A DNA stretch of 64,000 nt from Deltaproteobacteria bacterium. Its GTDB lineage: Bacteria; Myxococcota_A; UBA9160; SZUA-336. The stretch covers positions 30,674-94,673 of the forward strand of contig JAFDDB010000001.1 of assembly GCA_019311115.1 (NCBI GenBank). The letters run 5' to 3'. Each line of letters opens with the position of its first letter. Position 1 is the stretch's first letter. The notes beneath the pieces are model-generated. The model searched no databases. It saw nothing but the letters and a program-made list of their open reading frames with translations, and was not told where the DNA came from. The position numbers and the translations under genes were made by a program. Below are positions 11,419-19,570 of the stretch, piece after piece.

Positions 11419-11455
11419 ATGCTACGATAGGAAATCTGGACAGTCAATCGGAAAA
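11419..11455 (-). promoter_or_regulatory. conserved promoter/operator module, copy M3
   Basis: Minus-strand read: TTTTCCGATTGAC-TGTCCAGA-TTTCCTATCGTAGCAT (TTGACT-17nt-TAGCAT). It lies 55 nt upstream of the LLM start and 11 nt upstream of the divergent hydrolase ATG. Confidence 0.6.
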
Positions 11456-11466
11456 AGAGGGCTCGG

Positions 11467-12237
11467 ATGGCAGAGACGCGACGGATCGACCTGGGAACCC
11501 ATTCGCTTCGCGTGACCGACCGCGCGCCTCGCGTGGCGGGGGAGGGTGCCGGCGACCCTCCTTTCGTCTGCCTCCACGGCCTCGTCGACACCCTCGAGAT
11601 CTGGGACCGCTTGGCCGGCGCGCTGTCGGAACAGCGGCGGACGATCTGCGTCGACCAGCGGGGCCACGGGGAGTCCGGCGCACCCGCGGGTCCCTACGCC
11701 CGCGAGGATCTGGCGGCGGACGTGATCGGCGTGCTCGACGCCCTGGGCATCGAGCGTGCGGTGCTCGTCGGTCACTCGATGGGCGGCATCATCTCGATGA
11801 CGACGGCCGTCGCGTACCCCGACCGCGTCGCGGGCATGGTCCTGCTCGGCACCGCGAGTCGCTGCAACGAGCGCACGGCGAAGTGGTACGAGCGGATCGC
11901 CCAGGCGGGCGAGGCGGACGGCTGCGACGGACTCGCGCGCGCGATCTACGGCGACAAGTCGAAGCGCCGGGTGACCGGCGACGCGAACGCGATCTCGGCC
12001 GTGACGCGGACGCTCGCGAGCCTCTACACCGACCCGCTCACGCCGAAGCTCGAGTCGCTCGACTGCCCCGTACTGCTGCTGGTCGGCGAGAAGGACCCGA
12101 TGGGTCCCCGAGCCTCGGAGATCATCGCCGAGGCGCTGCCCGACTCGACGCTCCAGGTGCTGCCTGGGTGCGGACACTGGATCCACGTCGAGGCCTCGGA
12201 CGAAGTCCGCGCCGCCGCAGCCGCGTGGATCGGCTAG
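11467..12237 (+). CDS. alpha/beta hydrolase
   Basis: Motifs FVCLHGL, DQRGHGES, VGHSMGG (GxSxG) and a C-terminal GCGHW histidine. Confidence 0.85.
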   Translation: MAETRRIDLGTHSLRVTDRAPRVAGEGAGDPPFVCLHGLVDTLEIWDRLAGALSEQRRTICVDQRGHGESGAPAGPYAREDLAADVIGVLDALGIERAVLVGHSMGGIISMTTAVAYPDRVAGMVLLGTASRCNERTAKWYERIAQAGEADGCDGLARAIYGDKSKRRVTGDANAISAVTRTLASLYTDPLTPKLESLDCPVLLLVGEKDPMGPRASEIIAEALPDSTLQVLPGCGHWIHVEASDEVRAAAAAWIG

Positions 12238-13836
12238 CTACCGCTCGTCCAGGCTGCGGCAGCCGATGGCTTCGGCGAGGTGGGAGGGTTCGATCGCGTC
12301 GTCGGCGGCGAGATCCGCGATGCTGCGGGCGACGCGGAGCACGCGCGTGACGGCGCGCATCGAGAGGCCGAGGGTCTCGAGCGCGCGTTCGAGCAGGGTC
12401 CTGCACTCGCGGTCGAGTGCGCAGACGCGCGCGAGATCCGCGGGGGGGAGTTCCGCGTTCGTCAAGAAGGGACGGTCGGCGTAGCGGAGCGCCTGGCGTT
12501 CGCGTGCGGCGAGCACCCGTGCTGCGACGCTAGCACTACGCTCGTTGGTGTTGTCCGCTCTCCGCGTCGGAAGAACGTCGCCGACCGGAACCGGCGGCAC
12601 GGGCACGTGCAGGTCGATGCGGTCGAGCAGCGGGCCGGAGAGCTTGCGGCGGTAGCGGGCGATGGCCGGGTCGTCACACTGGCACTCGTGCCGCTCGTCG
12701 CCGTGGTAGCCGCACGGGCAGGGGTTCATGGCCGCGACGAGCTGGAAGCGCGCCGGCAGGTCGAGTGCGGCGCCCGCGCGCACCAGTCTCACTGCGCCCT
12801 CTTCGAGAGGCTGGCGGAGCGCCTCGAGAACCGGCCGGCGGAACTCCGGAAGCTCGTCCAGGAACAACACGCCGCGGTGTGCGAGCGAGATCTCGCCGGG
12901 GCGGAGCGGACGCCCCCCGCCGGTCATGCCTGCGTCGGAGGTGGTGTGGTGCGGCGCGCGGAAGGGCGGGCGGCGCAGTAGCGCCGCTCCGCCGAGCGTG
13001 CCGGCCACGCTGTGGATGCGCGTGGCCTCGCGCGCCTCTGCGTCGTCGAGATCGGGCAGGAGTCCGGGCAGGCGGCGGGCGAGCAGCGTCTTGCCGCTTC
13101 CCGGAGGGCCGACCATCAGCAGGTTGTGGCGGCCCGCCGCGGCGATTTCCAGCGCGCGCCTCGCGCCAGGCTGACCGCGCACGTCGGCCAGGTCGGGCTC
13201 GTCGGGTCCGCGGGGTGCTTCGGGTCCGGTCCTGGCGCCCGGCGCGGCGAGAACCAGCTCGTCCTTCTCCTGCAGCCACCCGAGCACGCCGGTCAGGGTC
13301 TCCGCACCGAAGACGCGAGCGCCGGGACAGCCCGCCGCTTCATCCAGGTTCGCCAGGGGGACGACCACGCGCTGGAGTCCGGCCAGCGGTGCGGCCGAGG
13401 TCAGCGCAGCGGCGCCGCGAACCGCGCGCAGGGTGCCGTCGAGTCCGAGCTCGCCGAGCAGCAGCACCGACGCCAGCGCATCGAACTCCACCGGCTCGCG
13501 CGCGGCGGCGATCGCGACGGCGATCGGCAGGTCCAGCGCAGAGCCCGCCTTGGGAATCTCCGACGGAGCCAGGTTCACGGTGACGCGCCCCGGCGGGAAC
13601 TCGAGGCCCGACTGCCGGAAGGCGGCGCGGATGCGGTCGCGGCTCTCGCTCACCACGCGATCGCCCTGTCCGACGATCTGGAAGCTCGGCAGGCCGCGGC
13701 CGGCATCGACCTCGACCGAAACCGGACGGCCCTCGATTCCGTAGAGAGTTGCGCCCCAGACTCGGGTCAACACTTGCGAATCCGCATGCGGCGGCTCCGC
13801 GGGACCGGCGGGGCGAGCGAGAACAGGGTAGACCAA
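12238..13836 (-). CDS. comM: YifB/ComM family Mg-chelatase-like AAA ATPase
   Basis: Lon-like N-domain (SEIPKAGSALDLPIAVAI), Walker A (GPPGSGKT) and a ChlI-type region. Start is uncertain: TTG at 13836 or in-frame GTG at 13773. Confidence 0.9.
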   Translation of the reverse strand: MVYPVLARPAGPAEPPHADSQVLTRVWGATLYGIEGRPVSVEVDAGRGLPSFQIVGQGDRVVSESRDRIRAAFRQSGLEFPPGRVTVNLAPSEIPKAGSALDLPIAVAIAAAREPVEFDALASVLLLGELGLDGTLRAVRGAAALTSAAPLAGLQRVVVPLANLDEAAGCPGARVFGAETLTGVLGWLQEKDELVLAAPGARTGPEAPRGPDEPDLADVRGQPGARRALEIAAAGRHNLLMVGPPGSGKTLLARRLPGLLPDLDDAEAREATRIHSVAGTLGGAALLRRPPFRAPHHTTSDAGMTGGGRPLRPGEISLAHRGVLFLDELPEFRRPVLEALRQPLEEGAVRLVRAGAALDLPARFQLVAAMNPCPCGYHGDERHECQCDDPAIARYRRKLSGPLLDRIDLHVPVPPVPVGDVLPTRRADNTNERSASVAARVLAARERQALRYADRPFLTNAELPPADLARVCALDRECRTLLERALETLGLSMRAVTRVLRVARSIADLAADDAIEPSHLAEAIGCRSLDER

Positions 13837-13898
13837 CTCTGCGCAGGAGGCCGGAGGCGAGCGCGGCGTCCCGCACCTGCCGGGTTACGAGGAGACGC

Positions 13899-14840
13899 AT
13901 GCAGCACTCGCGGACGCCGTGTCGAAGCTGGGGACTCCTGCTGGCCCTCGCGCTGGTCGCTGGCGGCGGCGCGCCCGCCCCAGCCTTCGATGGCGAGCGT
14001 GCCTACCGTGACCTTGTCGAGCTGGTCCGGATCGGCCCACGCCCCGCCGGATCGCCGGGCGCCGCCGCCGCGCGCGAGCTGATCGGAGAGCGCCTGCGCC
14101 AGGCCGGCTGGCGCGTGGACGAACACCCACTGCGCGTCGAGGTGGACGGGCAGGGCATCGACATGACGAACTTGATCGGCGTGATGCCGGGCGAGCGACC
14201 CGGCCTCGTCCTGATCGGCACGCACTACGACACGAAGCGCCTGCCTGGCTTCGTCGGCGCGAACGACGGCGCCTCCGGGGTGGCGGTGCTGCTCGAGCTG
14301 GCGCGAACGCTCGGGGACGCTCCCCGTCCCTACACGGTCTGGCTCGTCTTCTTCGATGGCGAGGAGGCGCTCGGCGCCGGCATCACGGCGAACGACGGGC
14401 TCTTCGGCAGCCGCGCCCTGGCGAGGCAGATGCAGCGCGAGGGCGACTTGGAGAAGATCCGCGGCTTCCTGTTGGTCGACATGGTGGGGGACCGCGACCT
14501 GGGGCTCACCGAGGACGTCGGTTCGACACCCGCCCTGCGCCAGGCCCTGGTGGAGGAAGCCGCGCGGCTGGGTCTCGAGGACGTACTCGGTGGCGGAAGC
14601 GTCGCCCTGATCGACGACCACACCCCGTTCCAGGCGCTCGGAGTCGAGCCGGTCCTCGCCCTGATCGACTTCCGGTTCGGCGGCGACTCGATGCCGGGAC
14701 CGCTCTGGCACACGACGGGAGACGACTTGTCCGCCGTCTCCGCCGAGAGCCTGAATAGCGTGGGGAGGCTGCTGGTCGAAGTCCTGCGGAGAGTCGAGCG
14801 CGAGACCGTCGCGCGCGAGGGCGTCGAAGGTGCGCGCTGA
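13899..14840 (+). CDS. M28-family peptidase / glutaminyl-cyclase-like protein
   Basis: Internal ATG at 13899 gives a signal peptide. Motifs GTHYDTK, NDGASGVAVLLELAR, FFDGEE and VDMVG give the M28 metal-ligand pattern. Confidence 0.75.
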   Translation: MQHSRTPCRSWGLLLALALVAGGGAPAPAFDGERAYRDLVELVRIGPRPAGSPGAAAARELIGERLRQAGWRVDEHPLRVEVDGQGIDMTNLIGVMPGERPGLVLIGTHYDTKRLPGFVGANDGASGVAVLLELARTLGDAPRPYTVWLVFFDGEEALGAGITANDGLFGSRALARQMQREGDLEKIRGFLLVDMVGDRDLGLTEDVGSTPALRQALVEEAARLGLEDVLGGGSVALIDDHTPFQALGVEPVLALIDFRFGGDSMPGPLWHTTGDDLSAVSAESLNSVGRLLVEVLRRVERETVAREGVEGAR

Positions 14841-14937
14841 GGCTCGGATCCACTATCCTGCCGCCTCTTTGGAGAGGCGTCGGGCGGGCAGACACCGGCC
14901 CGACACGGGCTCCGGATTCCGGAGCTGGGGGACCCAC

Positions 14938-15594
14938 ATGATACGTACTGCAACCGCGATCCTCGCGGCCGTTGCACTGGCTACGGCCGGCTGCGCCAGC
15001 GGCGAGGGCGGAATGTCCAAGACCCAGAAGGGCGCCCTGCTCGGCACCCTGGCTGGCGCGGTCGCCGGCGCCGCGATCGGTGGCAAGGACCACCGTGCGG
15101 GCGGCGCGCTGATCGGCGCTGCCGCCGGCGCCGTCGCGGGCGGGTTGATCGGCAACTACCTGGACAAGCAGGCCGAAGAGCTCGACGCGATTCCCGGCGC
15201 CGAGGTCGAGCGCCGCGACGACTCGCTGCTCGTGAACTTCCAGAGTTCGCTGCTCTTCGACACCGGACAGAGCTCGCTGCAGCCGGGCGCGTACGACCGA
15301 ATGCGGTCGCTGGCGCGCACGCTCAACAACTATCCGAAGAGCCGGGTCATCATCAAGGGACACACCGACAGCAGCGGGGACGAGCGCTTCAACCAGACGC
15401 TGTCCGAGGAGCGCGCCGGCACGGTCCGGAACTTCCTGATCTCTGAGGCCGTCGCACCCGGGCGGATGACCGCGATCGGCTTCGGCGAGCAGATGCCCGT
15501 CGCGACCAACAACACCCCGGCGGGACGCCAGCAGAACCGCCGCGTCGAGATCGAGATCCGTCCCGACGAAGAGGTCATGCGCTCTGGCGGCTAG
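14938..15594 (+). CDS. OmpA-family (Pal/YiaD-like) lipoprotein with glycine zipper
   Basis: Internal ATG at 14938. Lipobox LATAGC and Gly-zipper GALLGTLAGAVAGAAIGG. The OmpA C-like domain includes GHTDSSGDERFNQTLSEERA...NRRVEIEI. Confidence 0.85.
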   Translation: MIRTATAILAAVALATAGCASGEGGMSKTQKGALLGTLAGAVAGAAIGGKDHRAGGALIGAAAGAVAGGLIGNYLDKQAEELDAIPGAEVERRDDSLLVNFQSSLLFDTGQSSLQPGAYDRMRSLARTLNNYPKSRVIIKGHTDSSGDERFNQTLSEERAGTVRNFLISEAVAPGRMTAIGFGEQMPVATNNTPAGRQQNRRVEIEIRPDEEVMRSGG

Positions 15595-15642
15595 GCCGCA
15601 CGCGCAGCGCTCTACGGCGTGGAATCGGGAGTCGATCCGCTC

Positions 15643-16905
15643 ATGACGCGTCCAATTCTGCCGCTCGCGCTCGTCTTGGCGCTCGCGGTGCCCCCCGTCT
15701 CGGGGAGCGGGGCGACGGACGAGGAGCCGGTCCGGGTCGTCGTCGACCAGCCCCGCAACGGCGAGATCGTGCGCGGCCGCTTCGACATGGCCCCGCTCTC
15801 GGGACTCGCCCACGCCGGAGCGCGCGCCACGCGCTTCGACGTGATGCTCGTGATCGACGTGTCGGGCTCCACCGCCTACCCGAGCGGCCTCGACGTGAAT
15901 CAGAACGGTGAGCTCGGAGTGCAGCGCGCCGCGACGATGAAGGGTGAGCCGGACACGAAGAACACCGACCCGGGCGACTCCGTGCTCGCGGCGCAGGTCA
16001 CCGCCGGCCGCGCACTGCTCGCGGGCCTCGAGCCCGGCCGGGTACGCGTGGGCGTGGTCAGCTTTTCGGGCGAGATCGACCCGGCCACCGGGCGCCGGCG
16101 CTCGCCGAGACAGGTGGACGCCATGGTCGAGCAGCCGCTGACCGAGGACTACACCGCGGTCGACCGCGCGCTCGAGGCCGTGCACCTGCGCGGTGCGCAC
16201 GGCGGAACCAACATGGAGGCCGGCATCAAGATCGCGTTGCGCGAGCTGGCGGGGCTGCGCGGCGCGCGCTCCACGCCGCGCAAGCACGCGAAGAAGATCA
16301 TCCTGCTGCTCACCGACGGGAAGCCGAGCCTCCCGTACGGACTGGGTTCGGAGGAGGACCAGGAGGACATCGACGCCGTCATCAACGCCGCGCACCTGGC
16401 GCGAGCGGGCGGAGTCATGCTGAACGTGTACGGGCTCGGACCGACGGCCATCGACTACCCGATCGCGGCTTCGGAGGCCGCGCGCGTGACGGGCGGCCTC
16501 TACACGCCCGTGCGTCGCCCCGGTGACATCGTGGCGCTGCTTACCGGCGTGTCGTTCGCCAACGTCGAGGACGTGGTGGCCGTCAACCTGACGATCGCCG
16601 AGATGTCCGCTCCCGAGGACATCCTCACCGCGCCCGACGGCTCGTTCAAGGGATACGTTCCGGTCCGCCCGGGGAAGAACCGCATCCGGATCTCGGCACT
16701 CGCGTCGGACGGATCGCGCGGCTTCACCGAGATCGAGTTCACCTTCCGGCACCAGGAGCTGACGGATGCCGAGATGAACTCCGAGCTGGCGCGGATCCGC
16801 AAGCGGAACCGGGAGCTTCAGCTCCTGATGGAGCAGGAGCGTCAGAAGGCGTTTCGCAAGTCGATTCGCGAGCGCGACCTCGAGATCAAGATCGAAGGCG
16901 AGTAG
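15643..16905 (+). CDS. secreted von Willebrand factor A domain protein
   Basis: Signal peptide from M at 15643. MIDAS motif LVIDVSGST, then LLLTDG. The C-terminus is a charged coiled coil. Confidence 0.75.
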   Translation: MTRPILPLALVLALAVPPVSGSGATDEEPVRVVVDQPRNGEIVRGRFDMAPLSGLAHAGARATRFDVMLVIDVSGSTAYPSGLDVNQNGELGVQRAATMKGEPDTKNTDPGDSVLAAQVTAGRALLAGLEPGRVRVGVVSFSGEIDPATGRRRSPRQVDAMVEQPLTEDYTAVDRALEAVHLRGAHGGTNMEAGIKIALRELAGLRGARSTPRKHAKKIILLLTDGKPSLPYGLGSEEDQEDIDAVINAAHLARAGGVMLNVYGLGPTAIDYPIAASEAARVTGGLYTPVRRPGDIVALLTGVSFANVEDVVAVNLTIAEMSAPEDILTAPDGSFKGYVPVRPGKNRIRISALASDGSRGFTEIEFTFRHQELTDAEMNSELARIRKRNRELQLLMEQERQKAFRKSIRERDLEIKIEGE

Positions 16906-16925
16906 AGACGTAGGAGGGGGGGAAG

Positions 16926-17735
16926 TTGAAGACGATCATGCTCATCGCGGTCCTGGTGCTCGGACTGCTCGGTGGCATCGCGGGCATGGTGTCGCCCGTG
17001 CTGGCCCAGCAGGCGCCCGAAGCCGCGGCACCCGCTTCGCCGGGAACACCCGAAGCCTCGGAAGACGACCCCGAGGGCCGGACGCTCGCGGACTGGTACG
17101 CGATGGGCGGCTGGATCATGCACGGGCTGGTGCTCTGCTCGATCCTGACGCTGGCCATGGTCTTCGAACGCCTCTGGGCGCTGCGCCGCGGCGCGGTGAT
17201 TCCGCGCCGCTTCATGCGCAAGCTCATGGAGCACTGGCGCAACCGGGACATCCCCCAAGTGATCGCGATGTGCGGCGAGTCCGACGTGTCGATCGCGCGG
17301 GTACTGCGCGCGGGTCTGCTCCACTTCGACGAGGGCCTGACGCGCGTCGAGGGCGCGATCGAGGTGGCGGGCGAGCACGAGGCGACACTGCTCCGGCGCA
17401 ACCTGTCCGTGCTCTCCGCGCTCGGAAACATCGCCACGATGATGGGACTGCTCGGCACGGTGCTCGGCATGATCGAGTCGTTCGACCTGATCGCGCAGAC
17501 CGGTACGGGCGACGCGCGCGTCGTAGCCGGCGGGATCTTCCAGGCGCTCGTCACGACGGCGGCTGGCCTGATCGTCGGCATCACGGCCGTGGGCTTCCAC
17601 TCGTACCTGCGGCGCAAGGTCGAGATCCTCGAGATCGACCTCGAAGACACGTCGTTCAGGCTGATGGAAGAGATCAGCCTCGAGCGCGAGTCGGCGGGCG
17701 AAGCCCCGGCCGGCCTGACGCCGCAGGAGGCCTGA
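16926..17735 (+). CDS. exbB: MotA/TolQ/ExbB proton-channel family protein
   Basis: LSALGNIATMMGLLGTVLGMI and GGIFQALVTTAAGLIVGI signatures. The N-terminal signal-like segment is followed by a Pro/Ala/Glu-rich linker. Confidence 0.85.
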   Translation: MKTIMLIAVLVLGLLGGIAGMVSPVLAQQAPEAAAPASPGTPEASEDDPEGRTLADWYAMGGWIMHGLVLCSILTLAMVFERLWALRRGAVIPRRFMRKLMEHWRNRDIPQVIAMCGESDVSIARVLRAGLLHFDEGLTRVEGAIEVAGEHEATLLRRNLSVLSALGNIATMMGLLGTVLGMIESFDLIAQTGTGDARVVAGGIFQALVTTAAGLIVGITAVGFHSYLRRKVEILEIDLEDTSFRLMEEISLERESAGEAPAGLTPQEA

Positions 17736-17736
17736 G

Positions 17737-18141
17737 ATGGCGCGGCGCCGCCGCGAGTTCGAGGAGGCCAGTCTCAGCATGACGCCGTTGATCGACGTCG
17801 TGCTGCTGCTGCTGATCTTCTACATGGTCACCACCGCGTTCCAGGATCGTGAGATCGAGCTGATGCTCCCGGAGTCGGACAGCTCGGCCATCCCCGAAGA
17901 GAAGAAGAAGTTCGTGATCGAGATCGGCCGCGGCGAGAACGAACTCGCGATGAACGGCGAGCGGATCACCGTCGAGGGGCTCGACCGCGTGATCGAGGTC
18001 GAGGCCGCGGCGGACAACATTCAGTCGGTCGAGATCAAGGCGGACGAGTACGTCTACCACCGGCGCGTGATCCAGGTGCTCGGGATCGTGAAGAAGCACG
18101 GGGTGGACGCGGTGGGGATCGCCGTCCGGGAGAAGCGGTAG
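17737..18141 (+). CDS. exbD: ExbD/TolR biopolymer transport protein
   Basis: TM segment MTPLIDVVLLLLIFYMVT followed by an ExbD periplasmic domain. It starts 1 nt after the exbB stop. Confidence 0.85.
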   Translation: MARRRREFEEASLSMTPLIDVVLLLLIFYMVTTAFQDREIELMLPESDSSAIPEEKKKFVIEIGRGENELAMNGERITVEGLDRVIEVEAAADNIQSVEIKADEYVYHRRVIQVLGIVKKHGVDAVGIAVREKR

Positions 18142-18169
18142 GGCCTGGCGCCGGGCGGGCCGGGCTGCG

Positions 18170-19525
18170 CTAGTTGAGCGCGGACGGGTTCAGGACTTCC
18201 TTGCGCGCCAGCTTGCCCTTGCGGTAGTGCGATTTCACGTCGATGTCGCCGTCGGCGTTCAGGTCCTGGTCCTTGCGCACGAGCACCATTCCGCCCGGGT
18301 CATCGCCCTCGTAGTGCTCCCAGACGTCGGGGTTCCCGTCGGCGTTGGTGTCCTTCTCGATCCGGGTCGGGATCCCTGTCGCGTCGTAGTAGATCCAGAC
18401 GTCCATCTCGCCGTCGCCGGTGCTGTCCTCGAGCTCGACCGCGCGCCTGCGGTCGCGGTACTGCACGCGGCGGTCGACGCGGCCGTCGCCGTTGGTGTCG
18501 TGCTCCTCGGTGCGTAGCGAGCCGTCGGTGTAGGTGTAGGTGCCGTCGCGCTTGCCGTCGAAGTTGCGATCCACCTCGACCGAGGTGCCGCGGTTGTTCT
18601 CGTAGCGTGTCCAGCGGTCGGGCTTGCCGTCGCCGTTGGTGTCCTCGGCGCGCTGCGCGATCTGCCCGTCCTCGTAGGTATTGTGTGCATCGAGCTGACC
18701 GTCGTAGTCGGTGTCTTCGGAGCGGCGGATCAGGTCACCCGACTTCGCGTCGAAGACCAGCTCGATCTCGGGGTGGCCGTCGCGGTCGGCGTCCAGGGTC
18801 TTGACGACGCGCTCCTGCCGGCCCTCCTTGACCATGGCCTTCTCGTAGAGCGAGTCCGGAATGTCCTTCCGCTCGTAGGGCGGGGCGGGCGAAGAGAGCG
18901 GGTCGTTGGCGAACTCGCCCTCGCTGCGTTCGTCCTGCTCGTGCTTGATCGACTCGTTGATATCTTCCTGGCGGCTGATGGCGGCCAGCAGCTCTTCCTG
19001 CCGCCGCAGCTCGTCCTCGATCTCGCTCTCGAGAGCGTCCTGCCGGTCGAGCTCGTCGTCGATCTCGCGCTCGAGCGCTCCGTCCGCGCCTCCGGCGGCC
19101 GGTCCGGCCGGGCCGCGGGCGGGGCGGCCGGTGTCAAAGGGAACGTCTCCGGTCACCAGGCCGTAGAGCCCGAACAGCGTGGCTCCCGCGAGCGCGCCGT
19201 ACGGACCCGCGATCTGGCCACCGATCACGGTCCCGACGATGAGTCCCTCGGCTGCGCTCTCGGCGTGCTTCTGCAGGGTCGACGGCTTGGAGCGCTGGGC
19301 GGAGTTCGAGGCGGGCTGGGCGGCCTCGCCGCCCGGGGTGACCTCGCCATCCGCGCTCGCGCCGTCCTGCTCGGCGGCCTCGGCTTCGGCCGCGTCGATC
19401 TCGGCCTCGGCGGCCGCATCGGCGCCCCGCGCGGGCGGCCAGTTGGCCGGAGCGGTCGTAGAGCACGCCACGCTCGCCAAGGCCAGCAGGGCCACGCCGG
19501 CTGCGCTGAGGATGGGTCGGCTCAT
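18170..19525 (-). CDS. lipoprotein with glycine zipper, acidic coiled coil and about 8 DxDxDG repeats
   Basis: Lipobox LASVAC and glycine zipper GLIVGTVIGGQIAGPYGALAGATLFGLYGLVTG. The C-terminal half carries about 24-aa repeats, for example DTNGDGKPDRWTRYENNRGTSVEV. GGAGG RBS. The gene sits 45 nt downstream of the 1149-aa gene. Confidence 0.7.
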   Translation of the reverse strand: MSRPILSAAGVALLALASVACSTTAPANWPPARGADAAAEAEIDAAEAEAAEQDGASADGEVTPGGEAAQPASNSAQRSKPSTLQKHAESAAEGLIVGTVIGGQIAGPYGALAGATLFGLYGLVTGDVPFDTGRPARGPAGPAAGGADGALEREIDDELDRQDALESEIEDELRRQEELLAAISRQEDINESIKHEQDERSEGEFANDPLSSPAPPYERKDIPDSLYEKAMVKEGRQERVVKTLDADRDGHPEIELVFDAKSGDLIRRSEDTDYDGQLDAHNTYEDGQIAQRAEDTNGDGKPDRWTRYENNRGTSVEVDRNFDGKRDGTYTYTDGSLRTEEHDTNGDGRVDRRVQYRDRRRAVELEDSTGDGEMDVWIYYDATGIPTRIEKDTNADGNPDVWEHYEGDDPGGMVLVRKDQDLNADGDIDVKSHYRKGKLARKEVLNPSALN

Positions 19526-19570
19526 TGGGGGTCGGGGCCTCCGGTGAGCAAGGCTAGCACGGGGGGCCCA

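Noticed and set aside
12238-13836. comM as an integration hotspot or a sign of a genomic island, together with a search for mobile elements across the window.
   Set aside because: comM is intact and uninterrupted. No integrase, transposase, tRNA gene or flanking direct repeats were seen, and codon usage looks uniform across the window.
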